Counted from the first letter of the stretch, positions 50,001-59,944 are shown. The stretch is DNA of 64,000 nucleotides from Oligoflexales bacterium (GCA_044236265.1 JBIIGV010000003.1:180-64179), one strand, 5' to 3'. Notes: generated by a model not told the origin, from the sequence alone. Numbers and translations: made by a program.

Positions 50001-52122
50001 AGTGACCAGCATCTCTCCAAACACAGGCTCCACAGCCGGCAACACCTCAGTGACACTAACTGGTACTGGATTTCAATCAGGCGCTACCATCACTATTGGC
50101 GGTGTAAGTGCAACAAATGTTGTTTTCATGTCGGATACGTCAATCATAGCGAAGACCCCGAGCGGATCGGCTGGCGCAAAAGACGTTGTGCTTACCAATC
50201 CAGACAGCCAAACTGGAACATTGACGGGAGGCTTTACGTATACCAGCCCACCGCCATCAACTCCAGAGATTCTTATTGGCTCGCCTGTTGAATTACTAAC
50301 TGTTAGTAACTGCTTAAGTTGCGCTTATCGGATGACCGCAAATATCGACATGAATGGAGTCACTTGGACTCCAGTAGATCAGTTCACCGGGACATTTGAC
50401 GGTGCAGGATTTTTAATCTCAAACCTATCATTAACTACAACAACAACATATGCAGGCCTATTTGGCCGGATTGCTGCAGGCGGCATTGTTAGAAATGTTC
50501 ATGTTCGTAATATTTCAATCAATAGTTCTGGCACATTTGCAGGAGGAATTGCCGGATACATTGCTGACGGTGGAATGTTGCTCGACAGTTCAAGCACCGG
50601 GAACATTACTTTATCAACAGCGGCTTCGACAGATGCAAACGTTGGGGGACTTGCTGGAGGAGTTAATGGAAATGTTCGCAGGTCTTGGAGCTCTGTGAAT
50701 GTTTCAGCCACGGGAAATAACTATTGCCATAGCGGCGGTGCATTTGCTTTGATTGCAGCATCTGCAACGGTATCTGATATTTACGCAACTGGTACAGCCT
50801 ACTCGACGTGTAACATAGGAAATATTGCATCGGGCGGCCTTATCGGAACCTGTCTAGGAAAGATAATAAATAGCTATTCAACAGGAGCATCTGATAATCT
50901 TAGTCACTCTCACAACGAAGGTGGTATGGTTGGTTTTGTGAGTGGATGTACCACAACATCAAGTTTCTGGAATACTACGACTAGCGGTCGGACGACATCA
51001 AAGTCTGGAACGGGTCTAACCGACACCCAAATGAAAACAATGTCCAATTTTTCAGGATGGGACTTCACCGGAACTTGGGAGATGCAGGGTGGTGACGGTA
51101 TTGGCATGCCGCAGTTTAAAACTGTTTCAAGCCTCAATTCGCCAGCAAACGTCCTAATCTCTGGAAATTCCAGTACGTCAGCCACCTTAAGTCTTTATGC
51201 CCCTACTAGCACAGAAATGTATATTACAAATACTGCTGGATGCACGTCTGGTGGCAACTGGGAGGCATTCAACAACACAAAATCATGGACACTCGTAAAT
51301 GCCGGCGATAGCACGGGGACCGTCTATGCTCGGTTTAGAAATGGTACTGCAATTTCTAGATGCGTCAGTCACCGTGTGGCACTCTCGGGATCTCTTTCCT
51401 CAGAGGGTACATCCTGCTCCAGTATAAAAGCGGCAGGAGCAAAACGCATGAGCGGGGTTTACCTGATTGACCCGGATGGAGCTGGTTCACTCGCGGCAGA
51501 AAATCAATTTTGCCATATGGACTACGCGGGCGGCGGCTGGACTCTTATCACAAAAACATTTGCTGATAATGCAGACATTACCAACACCATTCCCTCCACC
51601 GCTGAGTATCGCTCTTCGACATCAGTCGGATCGCTGACGGGACATAAGTATATTCTTGGAAATGACCGGCAAGGATTTGCCAACTGGGGTGCAATGGTCA
51701 ATGGTGAGCGACTAAATCCTGTTGGTGATTATAACGGTAATCTTCAAAAGTATATAAGCCATGTGGGTGGTACCACGGCACGAAACTGCACCTGGGTTAA
51801 TGGCAGTGGAGAATTTGTTCTTGCCACAACAAACGATGGCGCCTGCCTAAAATTCGCAACGGGCGATAACAATTATTGGTGGGGAGCGTCTGACGGGCCG
51901 ATCGGGGCTGCCCTTATGGTACAAGGTTCGCCTTACAACTTGTGGACAGCCACAGTTTTTGCTCCGTTTAATTTGGCAATTCTCGACGGAGCCGATAACG
52001 ACTACTGCACAATCATGCAAAACGGAACTGTCACGTTTGGTCATGGCTATACCTGCCGCCAAGGATTTTTGGGCTCACAGCAAGTGGCGCAGTCGGATTA
52101 CATTGAGGTTTATGCAAAATAA
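47011..52122 (+). CDS. giant mosaic surface lipoprotein / adhesin (FN3, Ig-like, CLec-like, IPT/TIG, GLUG, fibrinogen-C)
   Basis: Lipobox LSAC; FN3 (LSWSSVNGATAYNLYWS), IPT (PTVTSISPNTGSTAG), GLUG (FTGTFDGAG..GLFG..VGGLAG), fibrinogen-like (GVYLIDPDG..FCHMDYAGGGWTLI). Confidence 0.8.
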   Translation: MKLALGQVISTWQIILLAMTLSACDQMASTVEVKTNKEAVAAKCAESGKCVKDPTGLVVYNSDLVTDKLILKQNMSEMSLATRLWNLIDEPKLLKMSEKIEPLMRGVTIVKESEPCDSPNAITGLNPTVGQLRELKEGRYKACIAYVGEGLNRKTHSLDPIDVDTTGPQVSPDSVTVSSETYNSATISWSKAGDNVTLEGDLSYYVYLSTSDLLQSLDAVHRFGTAQPGKVSGVTSYAMKNLREQTTYHGAVVVRDEAGNETLVGKANFTTLASDTSPPTSPSIAINGSATHTNTQSVTLTLGAVGADLMYITNTAECASGGAWEPYGTLKSWSLSQANTTATVYVKFKDTIGNATQCISNTIIHDNSAPTGSVTINNGDAVTDATSATLSLTISAAEANDSTRQMYVTSTAECSSGGNWENYSSTTSWTLTQTDNLNSVFVKFKDAAGNESPCYSDSITHDSCPYTFCGLSGNSCYDNATALNAEKACLTGKRPIELVAASGGFKVWREKNGTRILKPDGLWASDADWQKNLNRAGTAHTASSFTAVSSIAGRACPPSVFLSPSNMTASNQCLYYDTGNPSQGLNAAEGSGIFGEDYLSEGNNPNSGNGTAKSWYEGNIKTCADKTMRLPTVFESGAGYFAAWSHQYPTDANPNWADTASGVPAAVGGSNATASSAGAFAYWKWGGAPGSSSYDSGFRIRCVLPGNYFPTDSTAPASASVIINNNNEYTNSTSPYAVTLTLYSSDADSGITQMYITDSSGCSTGGAWETYATTKSWNLNQNNTTAAVYAKFRDAAGNESACINDTIIHDNTAPTAPNVTGITPTSSTTPTWSWTNGGSGGNGTYRYKLNSTNLTTGATETTSTSFTPGSALTEGAHTLYVQERDAAGNWSTSGSLAIQVVTPPAAPTLSTPSRYTTSLGLSWSSVNGATAYNLYWSTSAGVTTASTKISSVSSPYTHSPLTGGTTYYYKVAAVKSGIEGSLSNEVSASPYAFAAPTVTSISPNTGSTAGNTSVTLTGTGFQSGATITIGGVSATNVVFMSDTSIIAKTPSGSAGAKDVVLTNPDSQTGTLTGGFTYTSPPPSTPEILIGSPVELLTVSNCLSCAYRMTANIDMNGVTWTPVDQFTGTFDGAGFLISNLSLTTTTTYAGLFGRIAAGGIVRNVHVRNISINSSGTFAGGIAGYIADGGMLLDSSSTGNITLSTAASTDANVGGLAGGVNGNVRRSWSSVNVSATGNNYCHSGGAFALIAASATVSDIYATGTAYSTCNIGNIASGGLIGTCLGKIINSYSTGASDNLSHSHNEGGMVGFVSGCTTTSSFWNTTTSGRTTSKSGTGLTDTQMKTMSNFSGWDFTGTWEMQGGDGIGMPQFKTVSSLNSPANVLISGNSSTSATLSLYAPTSTEMYITNTAGCTSGGNWEAFNNTKSWTLVNAGDSTGTVYARFRNGTAISRCVSHRVALSGSLSSEGTSCSSIKAAGAKRMSGVYLIDPDGAGSLAAENQFCHMDYAGGGWTLITKTFADNADITNTIPSTAEYRSSTSVGSLTGHKYILGNDRQGFANWGAMVNGERLNPVGDYNGNLQKYISHVGGTTARNCTWVNGSGEFVLATTNDGACLKFATGDNNYWWGASDGPIGAALMVQGSPYNLWTATVFAPFNLAILDGADNDYCTIMQNGTVTFGHGYTCRQGFLGSQQVAQSDYIEVYAK

Positions 52123-52253
52123 TATGACATATAGACGATGCCATCAGGTTGGGCTTTTGAATATTCAATGAGATAAAAAAGGCGGCAAAAATTCAGCGCA
52201 ACATCAAGTAATTATTGACATTTACACAACCCAAGTAGTCCCCTATTAATTCC

Positions 52254-52281
52254 TAAAGTCTTACCATCCAACGTCCGATCC
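52254..52281 (+). promoter_or_regulatory. sigma28-like promoter of adhesin 2
   Basis: TAAAGTCT-N12-TCCGATCC, same spacing as at 46960. Confidence 0.5.
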
Positions 52282-52304
52282 TTCTGGAATATCGGGGGAT
52301 CCTC

Positions 52305-55300
52305 GTGAAGTTGGCTTTAGGACAGGTCATATCAACCTGGCAGATCATTCTGCTGGGTTTGACTTTGTCTGCATGCGAGCAGATCTCAAGTACCGTTGAA
52401 GTCAAAACGAACAAAGAGGCCGTCGCCGCCCGGTGTGCTGAATCTGGGAAATGCGTCAAAGATCCCGTGGGACTCGTTGTCTACAACACGGACCTAGTGA
52501 CTGAAAACTTAATTCTGAAACAAAATATGTCTGACACCAGTCTTGCCACAAGACTATGGAACCTTGTTGATGAACCCAAGCTTCTCATGATGTCAGAAAA
52601 GATTGAATCTCTTGTGCGCGGTGTCACGATCGTCAAAGAATCTGAGCCGTGTGATTCACCCTATGCCATCACGGGTATCAATCCAACGGTCGGACAATTG
52701 CGCGAGCTCAAAGAAGGAAGCTACAAAGTCTGTGTAGCCTACGTCGGCGAAGGCCTAAATCGCAAAACATACGCTCTCAACCCCATTGCAGTGGACACGA
52801 GCGGACCACAAATTGCCAGTGACAATGTGACTGTGTCTGACGAAACCGCAAACTCTGCTGTTATTTCTTGGTCAAAGGCGGTAGACAACATCACGCTAGA
52901 AAGTGCTCTTTCCTACTACGTTTATCTATCTACATCTGACCAACTCCAGTCTTTGGAGGCTGTGAGTCAGTTTGGAAATCCCCAGCCGGGCAAAGTCACA
53001 GGCACAACATCTTATGCAATGAGATTACTTGCAGAGCAAAAAACCTATTATGCAGCTGTTGTCGTCCGTGACGAAGCGGGCAACGAAACCTTAGTCGGAA
53101 ATGAAAGTTTCACAACTTTGGCATCCGACATCATCCGCCCTTCAGTGGCCCTTAGCTCAACCGCCCCAACAGCCACCAACACAAGCCCGATCCCAGTCAC
53201 TATAACGTTTTCTGAAAATGTAACGGGCTTTACCGTTTCTGACTTGAACGTAACTAATGGCACAACATCAGGATTCACCGGATCAGGTGACACTTACACG
53301 GTGAACGTCACACCATCGGGTCAAGGGACCGTGACGGTGGATGTGGCAGAAAATGTTGCTCAGGACATTGGTGAAAACAACAATACAGCCGCCTCACAAC
53401 TTTCAAGAACCTATGACTCAGCGGCTCCAACATCACCGAGCGTAAGCATCAACGACGGAGTAAGCTATACAACCACCGAAGCATCAATATTGACGCTGAG
53501 TGCTGGTGGCAGTCCTGATCAAGTGTACATTACAAATACGGATGGCTGCGAGTCCGGTGGTATCTGGGAAACCTACGGAACGTCAAAATCTTGGACATTA
53601 GGTCAAACAAACAATACGGCCACTGTGTACGCAAAGTTTAAGGATGCGGTAGGCAATGAGACTGACTGTGTGAATGATACGATTACTCACGACGATATTG
53701 CGCCGAATGCCCCGTCTCTCACAGGCGTAACTCCCACCGGTAATGCCACCCCCACTTGGTCATGGACAAGTGGGGGCGGAGGTGCCGGGACGTATCGTTT
53801 TAAGCTAAATAATTCTGATCTAACTACGGGGAGCAATGAGACTACAGATACCTACTTCACCCCTGTCTCTGCGCTTTCTGAGGCGACGCATACTTTGTAT
53901 GCACAAGAGAGAGACGACGCAGGAAACTGGTCTAGTTCTGGAATTTTTGCAATTAAAGTCGTCACGCCGCCAACTGCTCCCACGTTGTCTACGCCAGTAA
54001 AGCTAACGCAAAGCGTAGCATTGACTTGGTCTTCCGTGCCAAACGCAACGTCCTATAACCTCTATTGGTCAACCACGTCAGACGTGTCTACGTCGTCTAA
54101 TGTCCTATCGGGAGTCAACAGCACATTTACCCACACCTCTTTAACTGGTGGCACAACGTACTATTACCGAGTAGGCGGAGTTAAAGAAGGCGTTGTTGGA
54201 GCTCTTTCCGAGGAGGCAAGTATGGCGCCATACGAATTTCCAGCGCCGACAATCAGCGGTATTTCACCGAATTTAGGCTCCATCACAGGAGGCACAGCGG
54301 TCACGATTTCTGGCACAGGATTTCAGGCGGGTTTTTCTGTTACCATTGGAGGAAGTGCGGCAACCGAATTAACTCTTGTGTCAGGTGAATCAATCACAGT
54401 TCTAACCCCGGTCGGCATAGCTGGATCCCGTGACGTGATTGTCACAAACACTGACGGCCAATCTGTCACATTGCCAACAGGATACACCTATGTCACCCCA
54501 TCTGCATGTGCAGGCGACTGCTACCTGGAAGGCACTTCACCTAATTACGCGCAAGGTCTCCCGATTGGTACAGAGCGCTTAGGACCCGGCTCAAGTGTAA
54601 TTGGCCTGCAATACGCTAGTGGAACCAGCGGATTTAAAGTTTGGACGGAAAGAAATGGCACTAGAATTCTAAATTCATCAGGTTTGGTTGCACGCGGGTG
54701 GCAAAAAGAGCTTGAACGACCTGGAACTTCCTTTAAGGCCATCGACTTTACCAGTGTAAACAACATCGCCGGAAGAGTCTGTCCAACGCATGTTTTTATG
54801 GATTATTACAACATGACAGCCTCAAGCCGCTGCTTATACTACGACGCTGGAAATGCAAGTCAACGCTTTGTCGATGCATGTCCTAGTGGCAACTGCACAA
54901 GTCCACTCTTCTCAGGCGAAGGAGTCGAATGGCTTCAAGATTGGAACCGAATCGGTAGCGGTCGAGGTGAATTAGGATCCTTCTACGAAGGAAACATTAA
55001 AGCTTGCGCTGACAAAGGAATGCGCCTGCCGACATCTTACGAAACCACGATGGCAAAACCAGCATCACTTCCAAGCGGTGATCTAGGTGTAAGTCCAACT
55101 TGGGCTGGCTCAGTCAACGGTGTACCAAACTCTGGCCAAACCGTGTGCGCATCAGCCGACGGTAGAACTGGATCTCCGTCCTTTACTATTTGGTACTACT
55201 ACATGCGATGGAATGCTGCCGGTGGTTCTGCGCAATACGGCATGCCTACATCTGCTTATACCATACGGTGCGTCCTTCCCAATAGCGATCTTGCTCCAGA

Positions 55301-57002
55301 GGCACCCACAGGACTAATAGCAACCAGTGGGAATTCCCAAGTATCGCTTTCATGGACGCCTCCACTCAGCGATGGAGGAGATCTCATTACAGATTACGTA
55401 ATTCAATATTCTACTGATACAGGCACAACTTGGACTACAGTAAACGATGGTGTCTCGTCTAATGCGTCGACCACAATCACAGGCCTTACGAACGGTACTG
55501 CTTATTGGTTCCGCATAGCCGCATCGAATAATTTTGGAACTGGGATCTATAGTCAGACATTAATGGCATATCCAAAAGCGAGCCCTGTCACCTGCACAGG
55601 AAGCTGTTACTCCGATGCAGCTGCTACTACAGCTTCCGCAGCATGGGGCCCAGGCGGCGTGGAGATGGAATATGTACTTGCAGATGGAGTTAGTGGGTTC
55701 AAAATTTGGAAGGAATTGAATGGATCGCGGATCCTCAACGCATCAGGTATTGTTTGGAACGGCTGGCAAAAGTCTCTTGAAAAATCAGGAACATCTTTCA
55801 GCTCAGTTGATATGAGTACAAACAGTAAAATTTCTGGAAGAGTCTGCCCGATGCATGTATTTTTGGGTTACTCTGAGATGACGGCCATTGACCGATGCTT
55901 ATATTACACAACACAGTATATAAACCAGAGGCTTGATGCTGATGGGATCAGCGGAGTCGAAGGGACAGATTGGCTGCAAGGATGGAACAGCCCTGCCACG
56001 GGCCGGGGTGAAGCCGCGTCTTACTTTGAAGGAAACATAAAAACCTGCGCCGATCAGGGCATGAGACTTCCAACTGCTTATGAGACGGTGATGACAAAAC
56101 CCGATACCGGCAATTTGCCAACAGGTGACGGCCTGCCCGCAGAACCCACTTGGGCTGGGTCTACTAATGGAGTGCCAGGATTTCGCGTTGGCATTTGGTC
56201 CGCATCAGCTGACCTAGTAACCACGACAAATTATTTGATGAGCTGGTACACAACGAACAGCACACAATCATACACTTCGAATCAGGCCATTCGCTGTGTC
56301 ATCCCAAACAGCACTTCTAGCCCATCAACTGTGAGTATTGATGCTGGAGCTAGCATTACATCGGCAACCGCTGTGACACTTACCCTCGCTTCAACAACAG
56401 CCAATCAAATGTACGTGACAAACACTGCCGGCTGCGAATCTGGTGGGACATGGGAGAGTTTCAACACCTCAAAGCCTTGGACTCTAGGTCAAACAGACGG
56501 GATAGCCACTGTTTACGTGAAATTTAAGGATGCATCCGGAAACGAATCTGGATGTGTAAATGACACGATTACTCATGCTGGTTGGCAGGACGTCACAAAA
56601 GCAGGATCGGGATCCGCATCATGTGATGGCAGCCCAGAAAACTGTTCAATTAGACTGCCAAGCAACAATCTAGAGTATACCCCAGCACAGAGCGGCTCAG
56701 CGATGCCGGTCATCCCAGGATGGAGTGGCGGACCGGTTACCAGTTGTGAAGACTTGACTTATAATGGCTATAGCGACTGGAGACTTCTGACCTACACGGA
56801 GCTATTACAGGCCTATAATGCCAACATCAAGAATTTAGTACTCCCAAATACCAATTGGAATTCTTACTATTGGACTATTACCGCAAAGGCTGGCTGGGGC
56901 AATTCTTACGAAATTAAGAATCTTGAAACAGGAGACGAAGGATGGAATTCCGGTCACTGGATATATTGGAATGCGTATCCATTCCTTTGTGTCCGACCTT
57001 AG
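52305..57002 (+). CDS. giant mosaic surface lipoprotein / adhesin paralog (FN3, Big, IPT, two CLec-like, DUF1566-like C-terminus)
   Basis: Same N-terminus as 47011; Big-like ITFSENVTGF; FN3 SLSWTPP..ITDYVIQY; C-terminal CEDL..GYSDWRL..EL..YWT..LCVR. Confidence 0.8.
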   Translation: MKLALGQVISTWQIILLGLTLSACEQISSTVEVKTNKEAVAARCAESGKCVKDPVGLVVYNTDLVTENLILKQNMSDTSLATRLWNLVDEPKLLMMSEKIESLVRGVTIVKESEPCDSPYAITGINPTVGQLRELKEGSYKVCVAYVGEGLNRKTYALNPIAVDTSGPQIASDNVTVSDETANSAVISWSKAVDNITLESALSYYVYLSTSDQLQSLEAVSQFGNPQPGKVTGTTSYAMRLLAEQKTYYAAVVVRDEAGNETLVGNESFTTLASDIIRPSVALSSTAPTATNTSPIPVTITFSENVTGFTVSDLNVTNGTTSGFTGSGDTYTVNVTPSGQGTVTVDVAENVAQDIGENNNTAASQLSRTYDSAAPTSPSVSINDGVSYTTTEASILTLSAGGSPDQVYITNTDGCESGGIWETYGTSKSWTLGQTNNTATVYAKFKDAVGNETDCVNDTITHDDIAPNAPSLTGVTPTGNATPTWSWTSGGGGAGTYRFKLNNSDLTTGSNETTDTYFTPVSALSEATHTLYAQERDDAGNWSSSGIFAIKVVTPPTAPTLSTPVKLTQSVALTWSSVPNATSYNLYWSTTSDVSTSSNVLSGVNSTFTHTSLTGGTTYYYRVGGVKEGVVGALSEEASMAPYEFPAPTISGISPNLGSITGGTAVTISGTGFQAGFSVTIGGSAATELTLVSGESITVLTPVGIAGSRDVIVTNTDGQSVTLPTGYTYVTPSACAGDCYLEGTSPNYAQGLPIGTERLGPGSSVIGLQYASGTSGFKVWTERNGTRILNSSGLVARGWQKELERPGTSFKAIDFTSVNNIAGRVCPTHVFMDYYNMTASSRCLYYDAGNASQRFVDACPSGNCTSPLFSGEGVEWLQDWNRIGSGRGELGSFYEGNIKACADKGMRLPTSYETTMAKPASLPSGDLGVSPTWAGSVNGVPNSGQTVCASADGRTGSPSFTIWYYYMRWNAAGGSAQYGMPTSAYTIRCVLPNSDLAPEAPTGLIATSGNSQVSLSWTPPLSDGGDLITDYVIQYSTDTGTTWTTVNDGVSSNASTTITGLTNGTAYWFRIAASNNFGTGIYSQTLMAYPKASPVTCTGSCYSDAAATTASAAWGPGGVEMEYVLADGVSGFKIWKELNGSRILNASGIVWNGWQKSLEKSGTSFSSVDMSTNSKISGRVCPMHVFLGYSEMTAIDRCLYYTTQYINQRLDADGISGVEGTDWLQGWNSPATGRGEAASYFEGNIKTCADQGMRLPTAYETVMTKPDTGNLPTGDGLPAEPTWAGSTNGVPGFRVGIWSASADLVTTTNYLMSWYTTNSTQSYTSNQAIRCVIPNSTSSPSTVSIDAGASITSATAVTLTLASTTANQMYVTNTAGCESGGTWESFNTSKPWTLGQTDGIATVYVKFKDASGNESGCVNDTITHAGWQDVTKAGSGSASCDGSPENCSIRLPSNNLEYTPAQSGSAMPVIPGWSGGPVTSCEDLTYNGYSDWRLLTYTELLQAYNANIKNLVLPNTNWNSYYWTITAKAGWGNSYEIKNLETGDEGWNSGHWIYWNAYPFLCVRP

Positions 57003-57087
57003 GGATTCAAGTCATTTGTAGATTAACTAACAGCACATCAACGCTCAAAAGCAACTGATGTGCGGCTAGACCATAAATCCCTAAAAA

Positions 57088-57789
57088 TTAGTAACAAAGA
57101 CCTTCAGCGCCAATCAGATTCGCCGCAAGTTGAAATCCAACTTTTTCTTGCTCATTTGCGACTGGGTAAATGAATCCATTTTTGATCAACTGAGCCTCAG
57201 TTTGCTTTGCTAACTCTGAGCAGGACAGCCATTGACCAGCAGCTCTAGTTTGGATAGCAAAATTTCTCATAACTTGAACGACCGTAGCAGTCTCCTGGCT
57301 CGTCAGATGACGCTCGACGTACACGGGATCACGATGAACAGGATATTCTGGATAATCACCGCCGCGGTTTGGATTCAGAGATGTATGTATCAACTTTGCT
57401 TCGCCGTAGGGACTGACACCGAGACCATGTCTGATAGGTGCAATAAATTCATAACGTCCATCAGCAAGGGTCACACCACATTTGGTTGCTGAAAATTTGT
57501 CGCCGTTACATGACATTTTAAACTCGCCCCCGTTTGGAAGCCAAAGTATTCCGGCGTTTGCACTAGAGTTGATTTCCACGTGAAATCTTTGTGCATTGTA
57601 GAAAGCGTAGGACATGCCAGAAGAAAGGGTCGGGTAATTTTCAATTTTATTAAACTGATATTCAACCGTTGAGGACGACTGCTGAGATGGTGGAGCCATT
57701 TTAAGACTCGATTGATCTTTTGTTGATCCACAGGCAACTATTGACGAGATAGCGAGGCACCCAAGTAAACTAGTTTTGACAAAACTCAT
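57088..57789 (-). CDS. hypothetical lipoprotein
   Basis: AAGGAG RBS; lipobox IVAC. Confidence 0.65.
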   Translation of the reverse strand: MSFVKTSLLGCLAISSIVACGSTKDQSSLKMAPPSQQSSSTVEYQFNKIENYPTLSSGMSYAFYNAQRFHVEINSSANAGILWLPNGGEFKMSCNGDKFSATKCGVTLADGRYEFIAPIRHGLGVSPYGEAKLIHTSLNPNRGGDYPEYPVHRDPVYVERHLTSQETATVVQVMRNFAIQTRAAGQWLSCSELAKQTEAQLIKNGFIYPVANEQEKVGFQLAANLIGAEGLCY

Positions 57790-57818
57790 GGTTAAATCTC
57801 CTTAAGAATATTTTTAGA

Positions 57819-58319
57819 TTATTTAGTTTTGATGGTAATAAATTGCTGTGCAACGTCTGTACTTTTAAAGCAGTCTAGCTTTGAGCGAACGCGGCTACCT
57901 GGACCGTTAGCAATCACCGAAAGCTCACCATTCATACTTTCATCAAAGGATACTTTTACGGTAGAGCCTGTGAATACACTTAAGGTCTTTGGAGATTTAC
58001 GATCAAGACTAAATTTTACAGCCTCACGACGAATTAGTTTGCCTGCACCGTTAGCTGGAGCGTCATCATCGTGCTCAACAACAATCGCCTCAACACCAGC
58101 GGGACCGTCCGTTAAGCGAAGACCTACCTGTAGCCACTTGGTTGCCTCACTTGTTTCCTCGCAGCTATAGTCCACTTTAATTTTTGTAGGCTTGCTAACT
58201 GCTGTAAGATGGCTTTCCTGGCTTGCGTCACCGCAGGCAACAAATGTCAAAGTCGATGCGCTGAGGCTTACAATTAAAAGAGCTCTTCGATGTGCTCTCT
58301 CTGTAAGTTTGCTTCTCAT
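57819..58319 (-). CDS. hypothetical lipoprotein
   Basis: AAGGA RBS; lipobox FVAC; two further Cys. Confidence 0.65.
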   Translation of the reverse strand: MRSKLTERAHRRALLIVSLSASTLTFVACGDASQESHLTAVSKPTKIKVDYSCEETSEATKWLQVGLRLTDGPAGVEAIVVEHDDDAPANGAGKLIRREAVKFSLDRKSPKTLSVFTGSTVKVSFDESMNGELSVIANGPGSRVRSKLDCFKSTDVAQQFITIKTK

Positions 58320-58412
58320 AGATAGTTCCTTTCGTTAGTGTTTGGTTCCAGGTCAGGCTCGTGTACTGCCGCCTGGTGAATGAGTAAATACGGTAAGCGT
58401 AAAATTTGCGCA

Positions 58413-58426
58413 TTGATCCAGGTCAA
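58413..58426. promoter_or_regulatory. FNR-like box
   Basis: TTGAT-CCAG-GTCAA within the longer palindrome CATTGA-N6-TCAATG. Confidence 0.55.
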
Positions 58427-58711
58427 TGGATTGCTGCAAAAATTTGCGGCCCTTTAAGAACTCCTAATTACCTGGATCTTAAAGCTTTTTTTCGATTTCT
58501 CTGCCAGACGACATGCAGCAAGCGGAGCAATTTAGATGCCTGGATTTAACAATTGATGGGTGGCGATTAAGGTCATCGCTACCGCGAGCCACCCGTCCTC
58601 GCTCAGAATTTATGGTACTCTAGAACTAGTCCATTCTTTCCTTATCGATAGCTCCAAAACCGCTCAAGAACCTGACTTACATTCGGTTACTGTTAAACTC
58701 AATTCATCGAG

Positions 58712-59944
58712 GTGAGACAAACCATGATTTCAAATCAGCTCCCTAGACATGGAATATCTTTAATTATCTTTTCTTTTTTACTTATTGGACTTTCCTGCAA
58801 ATCCTCCGATGCATCCCGCATAAAGTCTAAAGGCGTGGAGGATGCCGTTGCCGGGGAGAGGCAGACTGATTTCGCAGTAAATCTAATTGCTCAAATAGAC
58901 GAACTTGCATTTAAGATTCAGAAAATTCATGCCGACAACAAACCATCCACTAATTCACCCAATCTCAATTCGATTAAAAACTTTGCTGGAACTGAATTCC
59001 TATCTCCCTATTCGAACGCCGCGTCAGCCGCTGACAAAAAGCAAAATAGAGAATTCTCCCGAGCCCTCTCTAAATCTCTGCGTAACTTACTTGCAGCTTG
59101 GTACCATCATTGTAAGAAAAGCACTTGGGCTGCAACACAATGGGCTTATCCACTGGCATGCAGAGATTATTCGAAAATTGAACTGATCGACGATATCAGT
59201 GACTTTGAGGTCATTGCAGACATCATTAAAGACATCGAAGTGCAAAGGGACATGCCGTTCCAGCAATCTATTTACTACGAAACAATATTTGTAAATGCGG
59301 CAAATGAACGCACGCTTCAGGATTTAATAGAACTCTGCAGCAAAATCCCCCTATCACCGCAACAATCTGACCTAATTGTTGCTCGCGCCAGGGCAATGCC
59401 TAAGCCGGAATTAGTAAGCTCTAACGATAAAAACTCCACCCAAAATAGAATTGATACAAAAAAACTTGCTTCATTAGCTGAAATTGCTGCTAGTCCGGCG
59501 GATATTCTTAGAGACGTCATGATTGATTATCAAACCGAAATTCAACTTTTCATGGCAGGAAAAAAAATTGCAGATCCGACGGTAATTGATGAGATGATAC
59601 GCCGTAGCTATCAAAACGGCCGGAGATCTCCGATTACGGACGATTTTTATAAACACACACTGAGCCCTCTTTTTGCAGGTGGCACATATTCAGGAAAAGA
59701 CGAGGTGACCTCCGATGATTTTCGTCAATCATGGATGCCCAAGACGCACGTCTGTGCAGCCTTGAAATTTAAAGAGCGGCAGAGCGTCGAAATGCGAAGA
59801 TTTTTCATGGGAACATTTGCAGAACTTGCCATCAATGCTGGCAGCCAAGCCACCAATGGTGGCTTTAATTTGCAAGTGATTTCGAAGATGTTCAATGTTC
59901 CTTTGCTGGATTATTTGACCAACCCTAACAATATTCGACCGTAA
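58712..59944 (+). CDS. hypothetical lipoprotein
   Basis: Lipobox GLSC; 410 aa ORF; probable ATG start at 58724. Confidence 0.6.
   Translation: MRQTMISNQLPRHGISLIIFSFLLIGLSCKSSDASRIKSKGVEDAVAGERQTDFAVNLIAQIDELAFKIQKIHADNKPSTNSPNLNSIKNFAGTEFLSPYSNAASAADKKQNREFSRALSKSLRNLLAAWYHHCKKSTWAATQWAYPLACRDYSKIELIDDISDFEVIADIIKDIEVQRDMPFQQSIYYETIFVNAANERTLQDLIELCSKIPLSPQQSDLIVARARAMPKPELVSSNDKNSTQNRIDTKKLASLAEIAASPADILRDVMIDYQTEIQLFMAGKKIADPTVIDEMIRRSYQNGRRSPITDDFYKHTLSPLFAGGTYSGKDEVTSDDFRQSWMPKTHVCAALKFKERQSVEMRRFFMGTFAELAINAGSQATNGGFNLQVISKMFNVPLLDYLTNPNNIRP

Noticed and set aside
47011-57100. Diversity-generating retroelement targeting the CLec/DUF1566-like domains
   Set aside because: No reverse transcriptase and no template repeat in the window. 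The module copies differ by indels and at all bases rather than only at adenines. A remote DGR acting in trans cannot be excluded.
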